DNA from: Camelus dromedarius
Lineage: Eukaryota
Direction: 5' to 3'
NCBI RefSeq assembly: GCF_036321535.1
Contig: NC_087437.1
Span: 59,150,001-59,214,000 of the forward strand
DNA length: 64,000 nt
Each line of letters opens with the position of its first letter. The first letter of the stretch is position 1. The notes below the pieces were generated by a model, which had not been told where the DNA came from, did no database searches, and saw only the letters and a list, made by a program, of their open reading frames with translations. Shown here piece by piece: positions 38,861 through 52,260 of the stretch. The translations under genes were made by a program, and so were the position numbers.

Positions 38861-41800
38861 CATTTGCTCAGGCCTGATATGATCAGGCTGTGTTGACGGC
38901 TGGCAAAACCTCTTTACATCCGCCCCCAAATCTCTGGATCAGAGAGCTGGATGGAATGTTCCAGATGACCTGGTCCAACTCTCTTGCATGACAGATGGGC
39001 CAAAGTGAGCAGGGAAGGAACTTGCCCAGGGTCAATCACTGTGGGCACCTCAAATGTCATATATTCATAAACATTCCTTCTTCCTCCCCAGGGGGTGACC
39101 CTTGTGAGTTACGATCTTATTCATCCACAGGGCAGGCACCTCGTGAACTCAAGGGGGACTGTGGAGGCCCAGGTCCTTCCTGTCCTGTCTCCTGGGGAGT
39201 GCGCTGAGGCAGGCAGTGGAAACACAGGAAAACCACAACAGAGAAGGTGGTGGGAGGTGGGCTGCACAAGATGGCTCAGGAGGGGCCGGGTTTGAGGGCT
39301 GAGTGTCAGCCACTGCCCCTAAGTGTGTTGACACGCATACCCATTTTTTGATCATGATTATTCTGAATTATCAGGGAAAAGAGACAGATCAAAGCCTATC
39401 TTACAGGTCCCTCTCTTACAGACAGATCTGTATACACTAAGCATCCTGTCACCAAAGTTGGCTGGATGGCCAGCTCTGGCCACAGCTCATGGTGGGTTTT
39501 CATCTTTTTTGGCCATTATTCATGCAGGCTCTCTGAGGGGCACACACAGCCCAGGTGGAGAAGGTAGATAGACACATGAATAAGTGACAATGGAACAGAT
39601 AACACAAGACAGGAGGTCTGGATGCCCATGGGAGTGGGAGGAGGAATGCACAGTGTGGGTCAGGGAAATCAGAGCAGGCTTCCTGGAGGCTGCATGGCCA
39701 TCACAGCCAGGGCATGAAGGAGCCTGAATGTGTCCACATTTGGACCTCACACTCCTAACCATTCCTCTACCCCATCCTCAAAAGGTACAGAGGTGAGACC
39801 CTAACCTCATGTCCTGTCTGGGCTCTGTAAACAGGATGTCTGGCTGGAAAAGATGCAGCCAAGGCAGAGAAGGGGCAGGGAGACTTGAATTTAACGTTGA
39901 TGAGTTTGGGCTTTATCCAGAATCCCACAGGAAGCCATCTGACTGGTGATGCAGGAAACAGACACTGATGGACGTTTCAGGAAGACTGAGTCTTTCTAGA
40001 GTCTAGCAAACTGCTAATGTGCAAAGCTCTAGCTTTAAAGCCTGTGGTGAGAGAATCACTAACAGTCTGGTCTGTATCAGGTTAACATTCTGCCTTTATT
40101 TCTATTCATTTCCCAAAAGCTGGGGATGGGGATAACCAATTTGTAACTGTTAAGTAAAAATGGGTAGGTATTTGTTTTCCTCTTGTTGTCTTTTACATTC
40201 TCAGCTATACCACCCTGTTACCAGCTTTACAGAAAACAAAAAAACTGAAATTAAACATTAACCAGGATCATTGAGGGTGTCACTGAAATGAACTGCCCTG
40301 CTGTCAAGAGAGGAGAGGCCCCTAGCTCTGGAGGATTATTCAAACAGGAGAGGGACCTGGGCAGGCCCCAGCACCCAGGGACTGGGGGGCCAGCTGAGCC
40401 CAAGAGCACTTTCAATTCCAACCAACAAAAGACTCCCTGACTTCTGGCATAAGGGCTGGGTGCCTGGGGACAAGAAGGGCGCAGGCAGGGTCCCAGCCCT
40501 GTGAAACTCACATCACGTGTGAGAAGGGCTCTTAAGGCGGCAGACCCCGGGCCATGGAAGGCAGAATGGGGAGCGATGTGTTTCCCCTAGAAGAGACGGC
40601 ATCTGCTGTAGGTCTTATAGAATCGAGACATTTACCGGTAGAAAAGAGGGGGGTGGTCTGGACAGACGGAACAGGTGAACAGTCGGTGGAGGGCTCTGCG
40701 TGGTGTGTTTCAGATGTGGTGTCTGGGTGGGGGTGGGGTGCACGATGGGAGGAGGGGGCGTGTGGAGGATGGCCAGGTCCAGAAGGCAGCGTGGGAAAGG
40801 CTAGTTCTAAAGTCTAGGCCCTTGGGCCTTGTCTAAGCCCCCAGGGCCCCTGTGGGGAAGGTGGGCTGGCCAGCTGCCCTGGTGGGAGGCTGCTGGGGTC
40901 TGCCAGGCCAGAGGTGCTAAGGGCTCACCCAAGGCGGCAGCAGAGGGGAGGGCAGGGAGGCTGGGCTCAAGAGGCCTCCAGAGCAGTCTTCTGACTCAGT
41001 GATGAGACGAGCTGGGTGTGGGGAGGCGAGCTCAGTGACTGAACACTGATTTGGTGCCATCCCCTGGGAAGGGAATGGTCTCAGTCAGGGGTCCAGTTGA
41101 GCAGCAGGAAGTGTGTGGGTATCTTAAGCAGAAGGAATTCAACATGGGGGATCAGTTGCATAGTGATTTCAAAGCTGAGAAGCTGCGTAAGATGCTGAGG
41201 CAGCACAGAGGTTAGCACGGGCCCCGTCGAGAGAAGGAGGATGAAAACGGAGGCCACATTAATGAGAGCTGGGAGGCCAGGAGCATCCGGCCCAGCAGAA
41301 ACCAGAGCAGGCCTGTGCCGGGGGAGCTGGGGCCAAGGAGGAGACCCAGACCTCCTGGAGACGCTTCCTAGAACAGAGAGAAGGGAAGAAATACCCTGGC
41401 TTCTCTCCACCCACCTGCTATTGGCTCAGCCTACTTGAAAGCCCAGAGACAGGAAAGGCCTCGCCCAGGACCACTAGAGGAGGCAGCCAAGGTGAGCGCA
41501 GATCTGAACGTGGGGCATGTGAGTGGCCTCCTTGGAAGAGGATCCAGGCTGCACTGGAGACATAGGCTCGGAGGGCTGGAGAAGCAGGTGTGGAAGGATT
41601 AGCGTGGCTCTTTTGGAGGTTTTCCAGCAGAGGCAAAAGCTGACTCAGGCCTGAGTCACACTGTCCGGGATCTGAGCCCCGTGGGTGGGGCAGGGCAGGG
41701 TGGTGTCAGGTGGCTCAGTGACATGCCAGGCCCTGAGTCAGGAACAAGGATGCTGCGGTGGAAATGGGCTGGCCCGGAGAGGTGGTCACACCCACATCAG

Positions 41801-42575
41801 CATCCCCATTCTGACAGCAACTAGCTGTGTGACTCTGGGCAAGTGAACAATGCTCTCTGGGCCTTGGTTTCCCATCCGTAGAGTGAGAACATGCCTCCCC
41901 TATTGGGAGAAGAGAAACCATGTAGGAGCATTTTGTGAACCGTGAGGTGCTATCTACACCAGGAAGACCAGGATGCCAAGCAGATGCCTGCTCTAACTGG
42001 GGCTCAGGGACGCCAGTGGCTGGGTGAGGCTTTTGGGTTGAGTCTGATGTGCTCCCAGGGCCCCTCAGGTGCCATACGCCTGCAGAGAAGCCACTGGCAA
42101 GTGTGGGGCCCAAGCTGGCTCCACACAACACAGGACATGAAGGGATCTTGGAGGTCCCCTTGGGTTGGTGGGGCAGGGACCCACCTTGACCTTGGTCCCT
42201 GAAATGATATACAGAATCCTATAGGTACTCTTTCCAGGGAAAGGGTCTGATTCTTAGAGGAACTGACAACCCCAGGGGCTCCTGAACTGCAGGTTAAGCC
42301 CCTCCACTCTGCAGCCCCACCTCCCACCATGCCCGGCCCCACACAAGCGGCCCCAGGATCACAGAACTGCTTGTAGTTGCCCCCAGCGCTCCAGGTTTCT
42401 TCAATTCCTCGGTCCTCGGTGGATGCTGCCTCTCCACCCAGACTCCCTCTCCTTCCCTCTCCTCCCTCCCACACATCTTATTTCCTCCCGTCTTTAAGAC
42501 TCAGTTCAAGGATCATTTCCTCCAGGAAGCCTCCCCTGACCCCATAACCCCCAGACCCCCTGTCCTAGACAGGCG

Positions 42576-43010
42576 TGGCAGATGGTATTCTCCAAAGAGT
42601 GCCACTCCCATGTACTTATGCATCCAGCAGGAACTCCTGGCAGTAGGACCTACTCCTCCCACGGAGAGGTGAGTCTGTGTCCCATCCCCTTGCACCCCGG
42701 GGGGACTCATGACTGCCCTGACAGGTCAGAAAAATGACAGCCCTCTGCCTGGTTCTCATATTCTCTCTTTCTCTCCCTCTCAACACCTGCCTTGGACCTC
42801 AGCCTCCATGCTGCGAGGAAGCGGGACCACAGGGAGAGCCACAGGCCCACAGCCAGCACCCACAGTGAGTGCCTTCAGGTCACCCCAGGGAAGGCCCCAC
42901 GTGGTGTCATCAATGCACTGTCCCCATCCTGCCATCAGTGTGCTGACCCGCAGAATCCCTGAGAGATAATAAATGATTACTGCTGCTTCAAGCCACTATA
43001 TTTTAGGGCT
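42576..43010 (+). mobile_element. MLT1-type MaLR LTR (degenerate, internally deleted)
   Basis: tggcagatggtattctccaaag at the start; ctgacccgcagaatccctgagagataataaatgattactgctgcttcaagccacta..ttttaggg at the end. Confidence 0.7.
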
Positions 43011-45192
43011 CCTCTCTGTTGAGGCATTTGCTCCTGAAGTTGGAACTGTTGGTTGACAGCCCCACCTGCCCTCCAGACCGTGAGCACGGCGGCAGGGACC
43101 ACCCTCCACCCTCACGGCCCAGGCCAGCCACATTGCTTACTACTCATAGAGCACTCCGCAGTGTGCATTCAATGAAAAGTCAGGAAATAAGAGAGAAACG
43201 ATTGGCGGTATTAGAAATGAATTCCCAGGTGACAGACATATTTGAGCTGCAGCTCTAAAGATGTAAAATCTGGTTTTTTTTTTTAAGTGAAAGTTGGTGA
43301 GAATATATTCATCTAAACCTTTAAGGTTTTATGAACTGGTCACATTAGACTGTGATCTCTTACTATGGAGCTTGCTGTGGAGTAAATAGATGATGGGACA
43401 TAAAGGGACCCAAGGGCAGTGATCCCCCTTTGGCTTTTCAGCTCAGTGGCCTCCTGGAACTACAGAGTGGACTTGTTTTTCCTTCTCACACTCTGACTCC
43501 AGAGCATCCTCCAAACACAGGCGGCTTCCTTCTCAGGGAGCACCACTGCCTCCCTCCTCCTTCCCCAGAGCCCTGCAGGGCCCTGGGCAGCCACCCACTC
43601 CCCTCCCCAAGGCTTAGCCCCTCAGGGAGCTGCCCTCCCTCCCAAGGGCCCCTAACACAGAATCTGTTGCCCAGACTAGACTTCTGGCCTCTGCCCATGG
43701 GCGAGCACTTCCTTCCCTAGAAGGTCCTCCAGGCAGAGAAATTTCCTGATACAGAACTCATGGGTGGGGGGGTGGAGATGCTTTACAGTTTTCAAAGCAA
43801 TTTCTCCCACCTCATTTCCTTGATCTCCAAAGGGTGGTTGAGGCAGACCCAGTAGGGATGACAAGGCCCATTTCATACAAGGAAGTAGCCACACCAGAAC
43901 TCCAGCCTGGACCTCTGCCTGCACACCACTGCCCCTCACCCTGCTTTGGTCACTGTTGTCCAGGTTGCTGCTGATCACAGTGGTGGGTCCTGCTGTCTGT
44001 CCCTGGGGCGGACCGGACCATCCACAGATGTCTGATCATCTCAGTAACCATCTCAGTTAGCCCCTAGCACCCAGGACATTTCTGGACCTCCTTGACCCAC
44101 AGCATCCCTTGAGCACAGAAAACAAAGCTCAGATAAATTAAATAGGATCAGATTGGTACTTCTGTTGCCAAAAGAAACACACACAGCAAAAACAAACCAA
44201 GAAGGCAAATAAATAAAAACCCTTTAGTATACATTCCCCAAACTAATTACGAAGAACCGATTTTGGATTACTTGCAGTTTGGGATTATTTGTGTTCCCTT
44301 CCCCTGTACCACGAAAGAAGAATCCAGTCAGCTGTGCTCTATTTCACCAATGTCTGCTTATATAAACATTTAGGGGGGGTACAAGCATGTGTCCTGCGTG
44401 CGCGCGCGCACACACACACGTGCCTCTCTCTGGATAAAGAGGTCTGCGGGTTAGGATGCATTCTGGAATCTTTCCTTCCACACCTCCTGCGTCTGGTCAC
44501 TGTCTTGGAGGTTGACATTCCTCAAGTTGAGGGATGGGCAGGCAGAAGGTTGCAGGCTGTGCGCCAGCCAGGTCAGCTTACAGCGAGCTGTCAACCCGTT
44601 TCTGACGCCCCAGCTCAGCCATAAATAACCGCAATGAAACTGCAGCAGACCTCCGGGGCCTCCCCCCGCAGCAAGCTCCCCTCCATCAATCTCCCCTAAT
44701 GACTGCTTGGCATTCAGGCTTCCGCCGTGACCCGACCCCGGCCCCAAGCATTCTTTGGGGCTCACCGTCCTTCCCAGGCACAGAATGGGTCAGCCAGGAG
44801 CACACGATTGAGAGTGTCCCCATGTCCTGCCAATATACTTTATGGATGCCCTGAGACAGGCAGGGAAACTCTCATTACTCAAAAAGCCCCTCCTTCCAAG
44901 ATGGGCTCCAGAAAGCAGAGCTACAGCCACAATCTGCCTGGTTGATCTGGTCATGGTGGATTCTCCTCTGCGAATGAGCTCACAAAGCAAGGGCTTCCCT
45001 CGCCCTATAACAGTACTCACTCCACGGAAAAAGCTGGCCTTTGTGCTCTTCGCAGTGTGGGTGGGCCACAGCCAGATGATATTGTAGCTTGACTAGTGAC
45101 ACTTCTTTTGTCCTGTCTTTAAGCAGCAGTTATCTTTTGTTCTTAAGCCTAATTTGCCTCAACTATCTCATCACCCTAAAAATATCAACCTA

Positions 45193-45808
45193 GGGCATAT
45201 ATCCTGAATGGATGAAAACTCTAATTCAAAAAGATACATGCACCCCAATGTTCATAGCAACACTATTACAATGGCCAAGACATGGAAGCAACCTAAATGT
45301 CCATCAACAGATGAATGGATAAAGAAGATGTGGTGTGTGTGTGTATATATACATATACATAATGGAATACTACTCAGCCATAAAAAAGAGTGAAATAATG
45401 TCATTTGCAGCAACATGGATGGATCTAGAAATTATCATACTAAGTGAAATAAGTTAGACAGAGAAAGAAAAATATATGATATCACTTATATGTGGAATCT
45501 TAAAAAATGATACAAATGAACTTATTTACAGAAATAGACTCATAGACATAGAAAACAAACTTATGGTTACCAAAGGGGAAAGGAGGTGGGAGAGATAAAT
45601 TGGGAATTTTGGATTAACAGATACTCACCACCACATATAAAATAGATAAACAACAAGGACCTACTGTATAGCACAGGGAATTATATTATTCATATCTTGT
45701 AATAAACTATAATAGAACAGAATATTCTTTTTATATTTATCTATAACTGAGTCACTTTGCTGTACACCTGAAACATTGTAAATCAACTACACTTCAGTTT
45801 TTAAAAAA
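45193..45808 (+). mobile_element. 5'-truncated young L1 (end of ORF2 plus 3'UTR) with target-site duplication
   Basis: aaagatacatgcaccccaatgttcatagc...atggaagcaacctaaatgtccatcaacagatgaatggataaagaagatgtgg; flanked by atcaaccta at 45184-45192 and 45809-45817. Confidence 0.93.
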
Positions 45809-46349
45809 ATCAACCTAAAGTCACCCAGCTGCCCCACTTCCTCCCCCTTTCTCTCTGGCACTGCTCTCAACTTTCCTCCTGAGATCTCAGGATTGAATTT
45901 ACATCAGTAAAGTGCTCCTAGGATTCCACTTTACTATCTAATAAAACAATTTGTCTCATCACCAACTTTATAATAGAATTGTAATCATATATCTCTAGAT
46001 AAAAAATCAGAAACAACAGATAAAGACTAAAAAGTGCGCTCTCTCGGTATAGACGGGCCACAACATCAAACTTCAGTAACCACCACAGAGAGGTATGTCT
46101 TGCAAGCCAACCCCCTTCATTTACACTTCAGAAACTGAGGTCCTTATGGTTATAGGGTCTCCTAGGGTCTACTGCCCTTGGGGACGGGAGTAACCAAAAG
46201 CAGCTCTTCCCCAGGCAGACAGGGCAAAACCACACCTTAGCCCAGCGCAGGGCACAGAGGAGGGCCAAACTGTAGTGGACACTGGCGATGTCCCCAGATC
46301 CCCAGGGCCACTTTCGCTGCTCCCGTGCACCCTTCCCCAGCCTCTGGGT

Positions 46350-47340
46350 GCTTTCACCCCTGACAGAGGCACTTGTGACTCTTTGCAGAGCTGTCTTCCC
46401 ACCACTGGGGCCAGTTGGGGCTAAGTGGGAAATAATTTACACCCTAGAGCTTTGCTGCGGGATGGGGCTGAGGCTGGTTCTCCGCCTGAAATCGAGTACT
46501 GCTCGACTTCCCACCTTGTCCCGTGTCCTCGTCCCCCGCTCTCTTACCAGTCTCTCCGCGGACTGCTTCCTGATGCGAAATCACCTGCATCTGGACTCTC
46601 ATCTCAAGGTCCGCTTCTGGGGAGCCTGACGGAGGACACCAGGAAACGTCTGTGGAATGACGCCATCGCGGCTCCAGGGAAGCTGCAGAAGGACTGTGGC
46701 ACCAGGAGTGGCATTTAAGTGCCCCGAGGGCTGGTGCCAGGATTAATGAAAAATCTCTGCTTAGAACAGCTCCCATAGGTTCTTGCTCCGACATGAACAT
46801 ATCCGCCAGCACACGGGCTGTTTCAGCATTCGCACGGACACAGTGAACCCAGGGCCCTCTTGAAGGCCCATTCTGGATTGGCTCAGCTTCTGGATAACTG
46901 AGTACGGTGCCCCGTTAATCGATAAAAAAACGTTTTAACATTTACACCCCTTACATCGCAGCCGCTGCTGTAAACTGGGTGGTCGCAGCAGACGCCTTCA
47001 TCCCGCCACTTTCTCAGCCGCAGCTTCCGTGTGAAGCGGCTTTCCACCCTCTCTGCGCCCCTCGGCCTCCCGGGCCCACTTCCCGGAAGTGTGGGGGGAT
47101 GGGAGCTGGTGGGGGCTGGTGGATAACCAACCGCTCCACCTCCTGGCGGCGGTCTGACGCTTCCCAAGCAGTACGTACGGAATCAGACCTGTTGCCCAGA
47201 GCAGCTTCCACAGTCACCTGAGTGCTGGTTTTTCCTCCTTCCCTATCTCATGGGCCTGCCTCCTGGGATCACCTACCAATTAAACTGCATCCAAGCCCTT
47301 GCACCAAGCTCTGCTATCAAGGGACCGCAAGCCAAACCAA
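46350..47340 (+). mobile_element. Probable old ERVL-class LTR remnants (LTR16/LTR33-like)
   Basis: Two LTR-like 3' ends: ctcatctcaaggtccgcttctggggagcctgacggaggaca (about 46600-46637) and attaaactgcatccaagcccttg..ctctgctatcaagggacc (about 47280-47340). Boundaries are uncertain. Confidence 0.4.
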
Positions 47341-50003
47341 TATTACGCATAACGTCGACTTTTGGGCAGCCCGGGTCATCACTATCCACCTGGCTCATTA
47401 TCTACCTCCAGCTCTGCTCTGGAATAATGTGTTGCCCTCAGAGCGACCGGAGTACCCTCCACTAAATGGCCCAGTTGCTCTTCCTTTGTAATTCGTGTCT
47501 GATTCTGGCTGTTTTTCTATCTCTTTCTTTGTTGCTAGCCAGTCTCCTGCAAGACCATCACCCTCCTCCCAACTTATGATTTTTGCTTTTAATCTATTAC
47601 AGTCTGGAAACCATATGACCAAACTTGATGGACTGTTCACTCATGTAAAAGTGAACAGACTCTGAGTGCAGAGCAAATGCCTGAGCTTTCATCTAAGGCC
47701 CTGGAAACTTATTTGGGCTGCTATCAAGACATTTGATTTTTCCTGGGTTAGAGCTCTGATTTGGAGAGTGTAGGGGCTGGATAGTAAAATTTTCTACGAA
47801 TGAGTTCTTCTGTTTCTGTTTAAATAGAGGACATGTTTGTGGGCAAAGGCAGTGGAGCTAACAATATTTATTGTAAATGCCCTGGAGCTTTGGCCTGCCA
47901 CTTATTAGGATACGCTAATTCCTTACATCCAGGTTTTAAAACTCTAAATGTCTTCACAAGTTTGCCAGCTTCCCAGATGTCAAAAAATATCACACCCCAA
48001 AGAATGGTGGCTGGTAGATTTCAGAGCTAAAATAGGGACTGAATACAAATCTCCCCGTTCAGCAACCTAGTCTAACCCAGAGGTCCCCTTTCCTCTCCTA
48101 AGAAGCCCCTCTGGTGGCAGGAAGAGGTGTCCCACTCTGGCTTCAGGGTGACTCTATGGGATTTCTCATGTGGGAGGAATTCTGTTCTGGGCTCACCTCT
48201 CTCCCTGGTAACTTTGTTAGCCTCAGGGCACAGGGCATGGCCTCTGGGTACCACGGCAGATGGTGGAGTTGGTAAAGAGCCACACTTCAGGGACAGGCAT
48301 GAGAACAAACTGCAGCGGGTGTGTTGATGGTAACCCACCAAGGCCCTAGAAGGAGTGTGGGGGAGACTCAAGGGGTCAGTGAACTATTGGAGTGTTTTCT
48401 GTGCTGCTGAGAACAGAGGTGGCAAAAGCATGTGGGGATTTGTTATGGGAAAGGGTGGCTGGGATAGAGGGATGCCTGGGCTGTGGGCCCTCTCAGGGCA
48501 TGCAGTGAATGGTGAATGGGAGCTTCCTTCTTGGACAGGCTAGGCCCCACGTGGGGGCAGCGTTCTCCCTGCTGGAGAGGGACAAAAATCTAGGCAGAGG
48601 GAAGCATATCCCATTAGGACCCCAGCCCCGATCTAATGCCATGGCTATGAAGACCCCAAAGACTGGTGATTCCAGGCAAGGTGGCAGGTGATAGGAGGGC
48701 AAAAGTTTGAGGGTCATGAGTGCTCAGAGGACAGCAGGATTGATGAAGTGCCATCACTGGTGTGTTTTGAGGGCTGGAGGCTGCACAGAGGAGGCTGATG
48801 AGGATGTAGCTGGAGGCTGAGTGTAGTCGGCTGCTGGGAGATGGGAGGTGGGTGGTGGTTGGATGGTCAGCGGGCTGATGACACTGATGCGCCTGAGGGT
48901 GGGGCAGCCTCAGCAAGGCCAGCTGGCCCTCTAAATCTTTGTACAAATGTTGGCAGCGAGATGCAGACGACTCCACCCACCTGGGAACTGACTGAGAAGG
49001 AATTTCATGGATTAGAGCTTCAATGAGGATGCAGAAGTCCCTTGAGACAAGCTTACCACCTCAGCAGCGACTGCAGGGAGAGACTTCTCAAATTTGGCAA
49101 AAGAAGAAAACACATCCCCTCTAAAGATGTGACTGAATTGGCTTCCACGCTGAAATCTGTGAATTTCCCAAATCCATGATTCCCCAAGGCAGAGGTGAAA
49201 TCTGCTTATGAGGTATTATCAACTTCTTGGTTGTGAGCAATTCGGCAAAAGCACAGAGAAATCAAGAGTTCAGACGGGGACCCCTGCCCCTAGGAGTGTG
49301 GCATTGCATAAGTGGACTGGGAGTGTCCCAGCAGCCACTTGGCTCCTGGGTTCCTAGGACCTGAAGTCACCGCAACACCGACCCTCACACCTTCACCATG
49401 TTTCTATTAATAAGACTACTGTGCAACCCCTGTCCCCTATTGGTGGTGCCTTCAGCCCATACCAAAGACACTAGCGAACCCCCTCCCGTCACAAATATTG
49501 ACCCCACCCTGGCACCCCCAGAACTCGGGCCCCCAGCACCTGGCTGCTTTCCTGTAGCCCAGCCCCACACCCCTCCAGGTCATGGCTGATGGTGCCTTCC
49601 TGCCCCGCCCCTGCCCTCTGCTGCCCTAGAAGGGCAGATGTTAACCTTCCTTCTTGTAACCTGCCTCCCCTCCCCCTGATGAAGAGGACATCAGTGCTCA
49701 GAACTTTCAGCCTCTAATCACTAGATGAAGACTCAGAGGCCCGGGGCGGGGAAGTGACTTGTTCACAATCACAGAGCAAAGTTGAGGCAGAGCTGATGCC
49801 ACAAATCAGTTCTTCTCATCTCTTCTCTCTCTCCAAAGGCCACTTGAATCTCCACTCCCCTTTATGAAGCTTCTCCGCAACGTGGAAGAGAGAGGTGCTG
49901 ACACACAGCATGGGAAGGGGAGCCACAGGCTGAGACCCACGGCCTCCACCTCATAGGGAAAAAAGTGCCAAGAAATAACCTCAAGGCTTCCATTAATGGA
50001 GAC

Positions 50004-50427
50004 TGTGATGGTTCATTTTATGTGTCAGTTTGACTGGACTAATGGATGCCCAGCTAGCTGGTAAAACATTTCTGGGTGTGTCTGTGAGGGTGTTTCCAGA
50101 AGAGATTAGCATTTGAATCTAGACTGAGTAAAGATCACCCTCTCCAATGCAGGTGGGCACCATCCAATCCACTGAGGGCCTGAACAGAACCAAAAGGTGG
50201 AGGGAAGGCCAATTTGCTCTTTTGATTGAGGTGGGATGTCCATCTTCTGCCCTTGGAAGTCAGAGCTCCTGGTTCTCTGGCCTTCAGACTCCGAAGCTTG
50301 CAGACAGCAAATCGTGGGATTTCTCAGCTTCCATGATTGTGTGAGCCAGTGCCTATTATCAGTCTCCTTTATTTGTCTCTCTGTGTATCCCACTGGTCCT
50401 GTTTCTCTGGAGACCTTGATATCTAAC
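50004..50427 (+). mobile_element. MLT2 (ERVL) solo LTR
   Basis: tgtgatggttcattttatgtgtcagtttgactgg...ctggtaaaacatttctgggtgtgtctgtgagggtgtttccagaagagattagcatttgaatc...ctgtttctctggaga. Confidence 0.9.
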
Positions 50428-50490
50428 TTTTGCTCCTTCTATTATGTTGGAACAGTGGCTCTCATCACTGACAGATCCAACACCCCTTTT

Positions 50491-50833
50491 GTGTGTGTGT
50501 GTGTTTTTTCTTCTGTGGGGCTCTTTTTTCTTTTTTTAAGTGAAGTATAGTGGATTTACAGTGTTGTGTTAATTTCTGTTGTATACCATAGTGATTCACT
50601 TATACATATATATATTCCTTTACATATTCTTTTTCATTACAGGCCATTAAAGGGTATTGAATATAGTCCCCTGTGCTATACAGTAGGACCTTGTTGTTTA
50701 TCTATTTTATATACAGTAGTTAGTATCTGCAAATCCTGAATCCCCAGTTTATCCCTCCCCACCCTCTTCCCCCATAACCATGTTTGTTTTCTAAGTCTGT
50801 GAGTCTCTTTCTGTTTGTAATTAAGTTCATTTG
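50491..50833 (-). mobile_element. 5'-truncated young L1 3' end with a complex tail
   Basis: Reverse complement of the same L1 3'UTR (ccctgtgctatacagtaggaccttgttgtttatctatttt). Degenerate 14-bp TSD ccaacacccctttt / ccaactctcctttt. Confidence 0.9.
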
Positions 50834-51299
50834 CCAACTCTCCTTTTAAAGCAAATAATTCTTAATACTCCCTTCAGTCTCCTGAAATAAATTTTATAGG
50901 TAATATAATCAGATTCCACAGAGAATTTAAAAATTAAATGTTCTAACTGTAACAGATTAGAAATAAAAGGCAGTTCATAATAAAATGATATTCATTTCTG
51001 GGTGTCAGTGCTTAGATAAAACTTCACCAGAGACCTGATAAAGCAGTCAGAAGCCTTCACCTACTCAGATGATGAGTAAAGGAGGAATTTAAGAGAAGTT
51101 GCTTTTCTTCTATATTTTGAAATAAGGGTTAAGCATTGCGGTGGAGAGCATTTTTTCCAAAATCCTGAACAACACTGGATAAAATTCCAAAGAAAATAAA
51201 GCACAGTCTTCCCAGAATGTGTATGCTAAGGAGCAGTTCTGGAAAATTGAAAGCTTGCAAACAAGGCAGCGACGACCACTTTGAGTGTCTATAAGCAGA

Positions 51300-51730
51300 G
51301 ATCGTTACCCGCAGAACTCCACCCATAGCAGGGTCTTGCGGTCTGTTTGGAAGTTGTGGGAGAGGCAGGACAGCTCACTGTGTGCAGGATTGCTCCCCGC
51401 CCATGCAGGACACGTGGCACGCCTGGGACAAATCTGAACGCCCGGCGTGTTTAAAGGCCACGAGGTGGCGGTGCGCTCCGGGATCTCAGCCTCCGCACGG
51501 CCGCTCCCCGGGCACGTTCCAGAATCGCAAGAGACAGAAGCCTTGGCAGGAGCTGCCTGCCAGGGAGCGTCCCGGGACCAGAGAGTCCAGGTGTTCCGTT
51601 GTCCTTTCTGGGACTCCCGGGTGGTGACTTCCTGAGAGTAAAGCACGACGCACCGCGCCACCTCTCTGGAACAAGGAAGCCCCAGAAAGCCGTTCTCCCA
51701 GTGCGCCACATGGGGGCGCCGGGAGACCCA
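51300..51730. promoter_or_regulatory. CpG-retaining element with three CTCF-like motifs
   Basis: CCACGAGGTGGCGG (51458-51471, +), CCAGAGAGGTGGCGC (51655-51669, -), CCACATGGGGGCGC (51706-51719, +). Confidence 0.6.
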
Positions 51731-52064
51731 GAATAGGAACCTTTACAGATTTGTGAGGTGTTGAACTGTCTGCAGGTGGAAGGGGTGGAGGGAAGCTGAA
51801 AACACAGTGTGAGAAAGAATTCATTGCTGGACTAGAATTGTGCTAAATTGTCTGAAAATTGGCAGCTCCGTCCAATTTTCCAATATCCACTGTTAGCACT
51901 GAACAATTTTGTAAGTGGCATTTACAATCCTCTCAATAATACAATTGTGGTATATAAACAGCAATGTTAACATCCTACCGGAAACGCCGATGGATATAGG
52001 TAAAAAATGCAATGGTCAGTTCTTGCCTCCCCCCACACACTCACCCACACTTCTCTAGAAATGA

Positions 52065-52260
52065 TAATAATAATAGATAACATTTTTGAGAACTTACCAT
52101 GTCTCATTTTGGGTTCATGAATGAATATCTTATCTTCAACAATAACACTATGAGATGCGTACTATTATCCCCATGATAAAAAGTATGGATGAGAAAACTG
52201 AGGTGCAGAGAGTTTTAGTAACTTGCCCAAGAGTTACCTTGCTGGCAAGTGGCAGAGAAG
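52065..52260 (-). mobile_element. MIR SINE
   Basis: aacactatgagatgcgtactattatcccc...gatgagaaaactgaggtgcagagag...aacttgcccaag MIR core. Confidence 0.75.
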
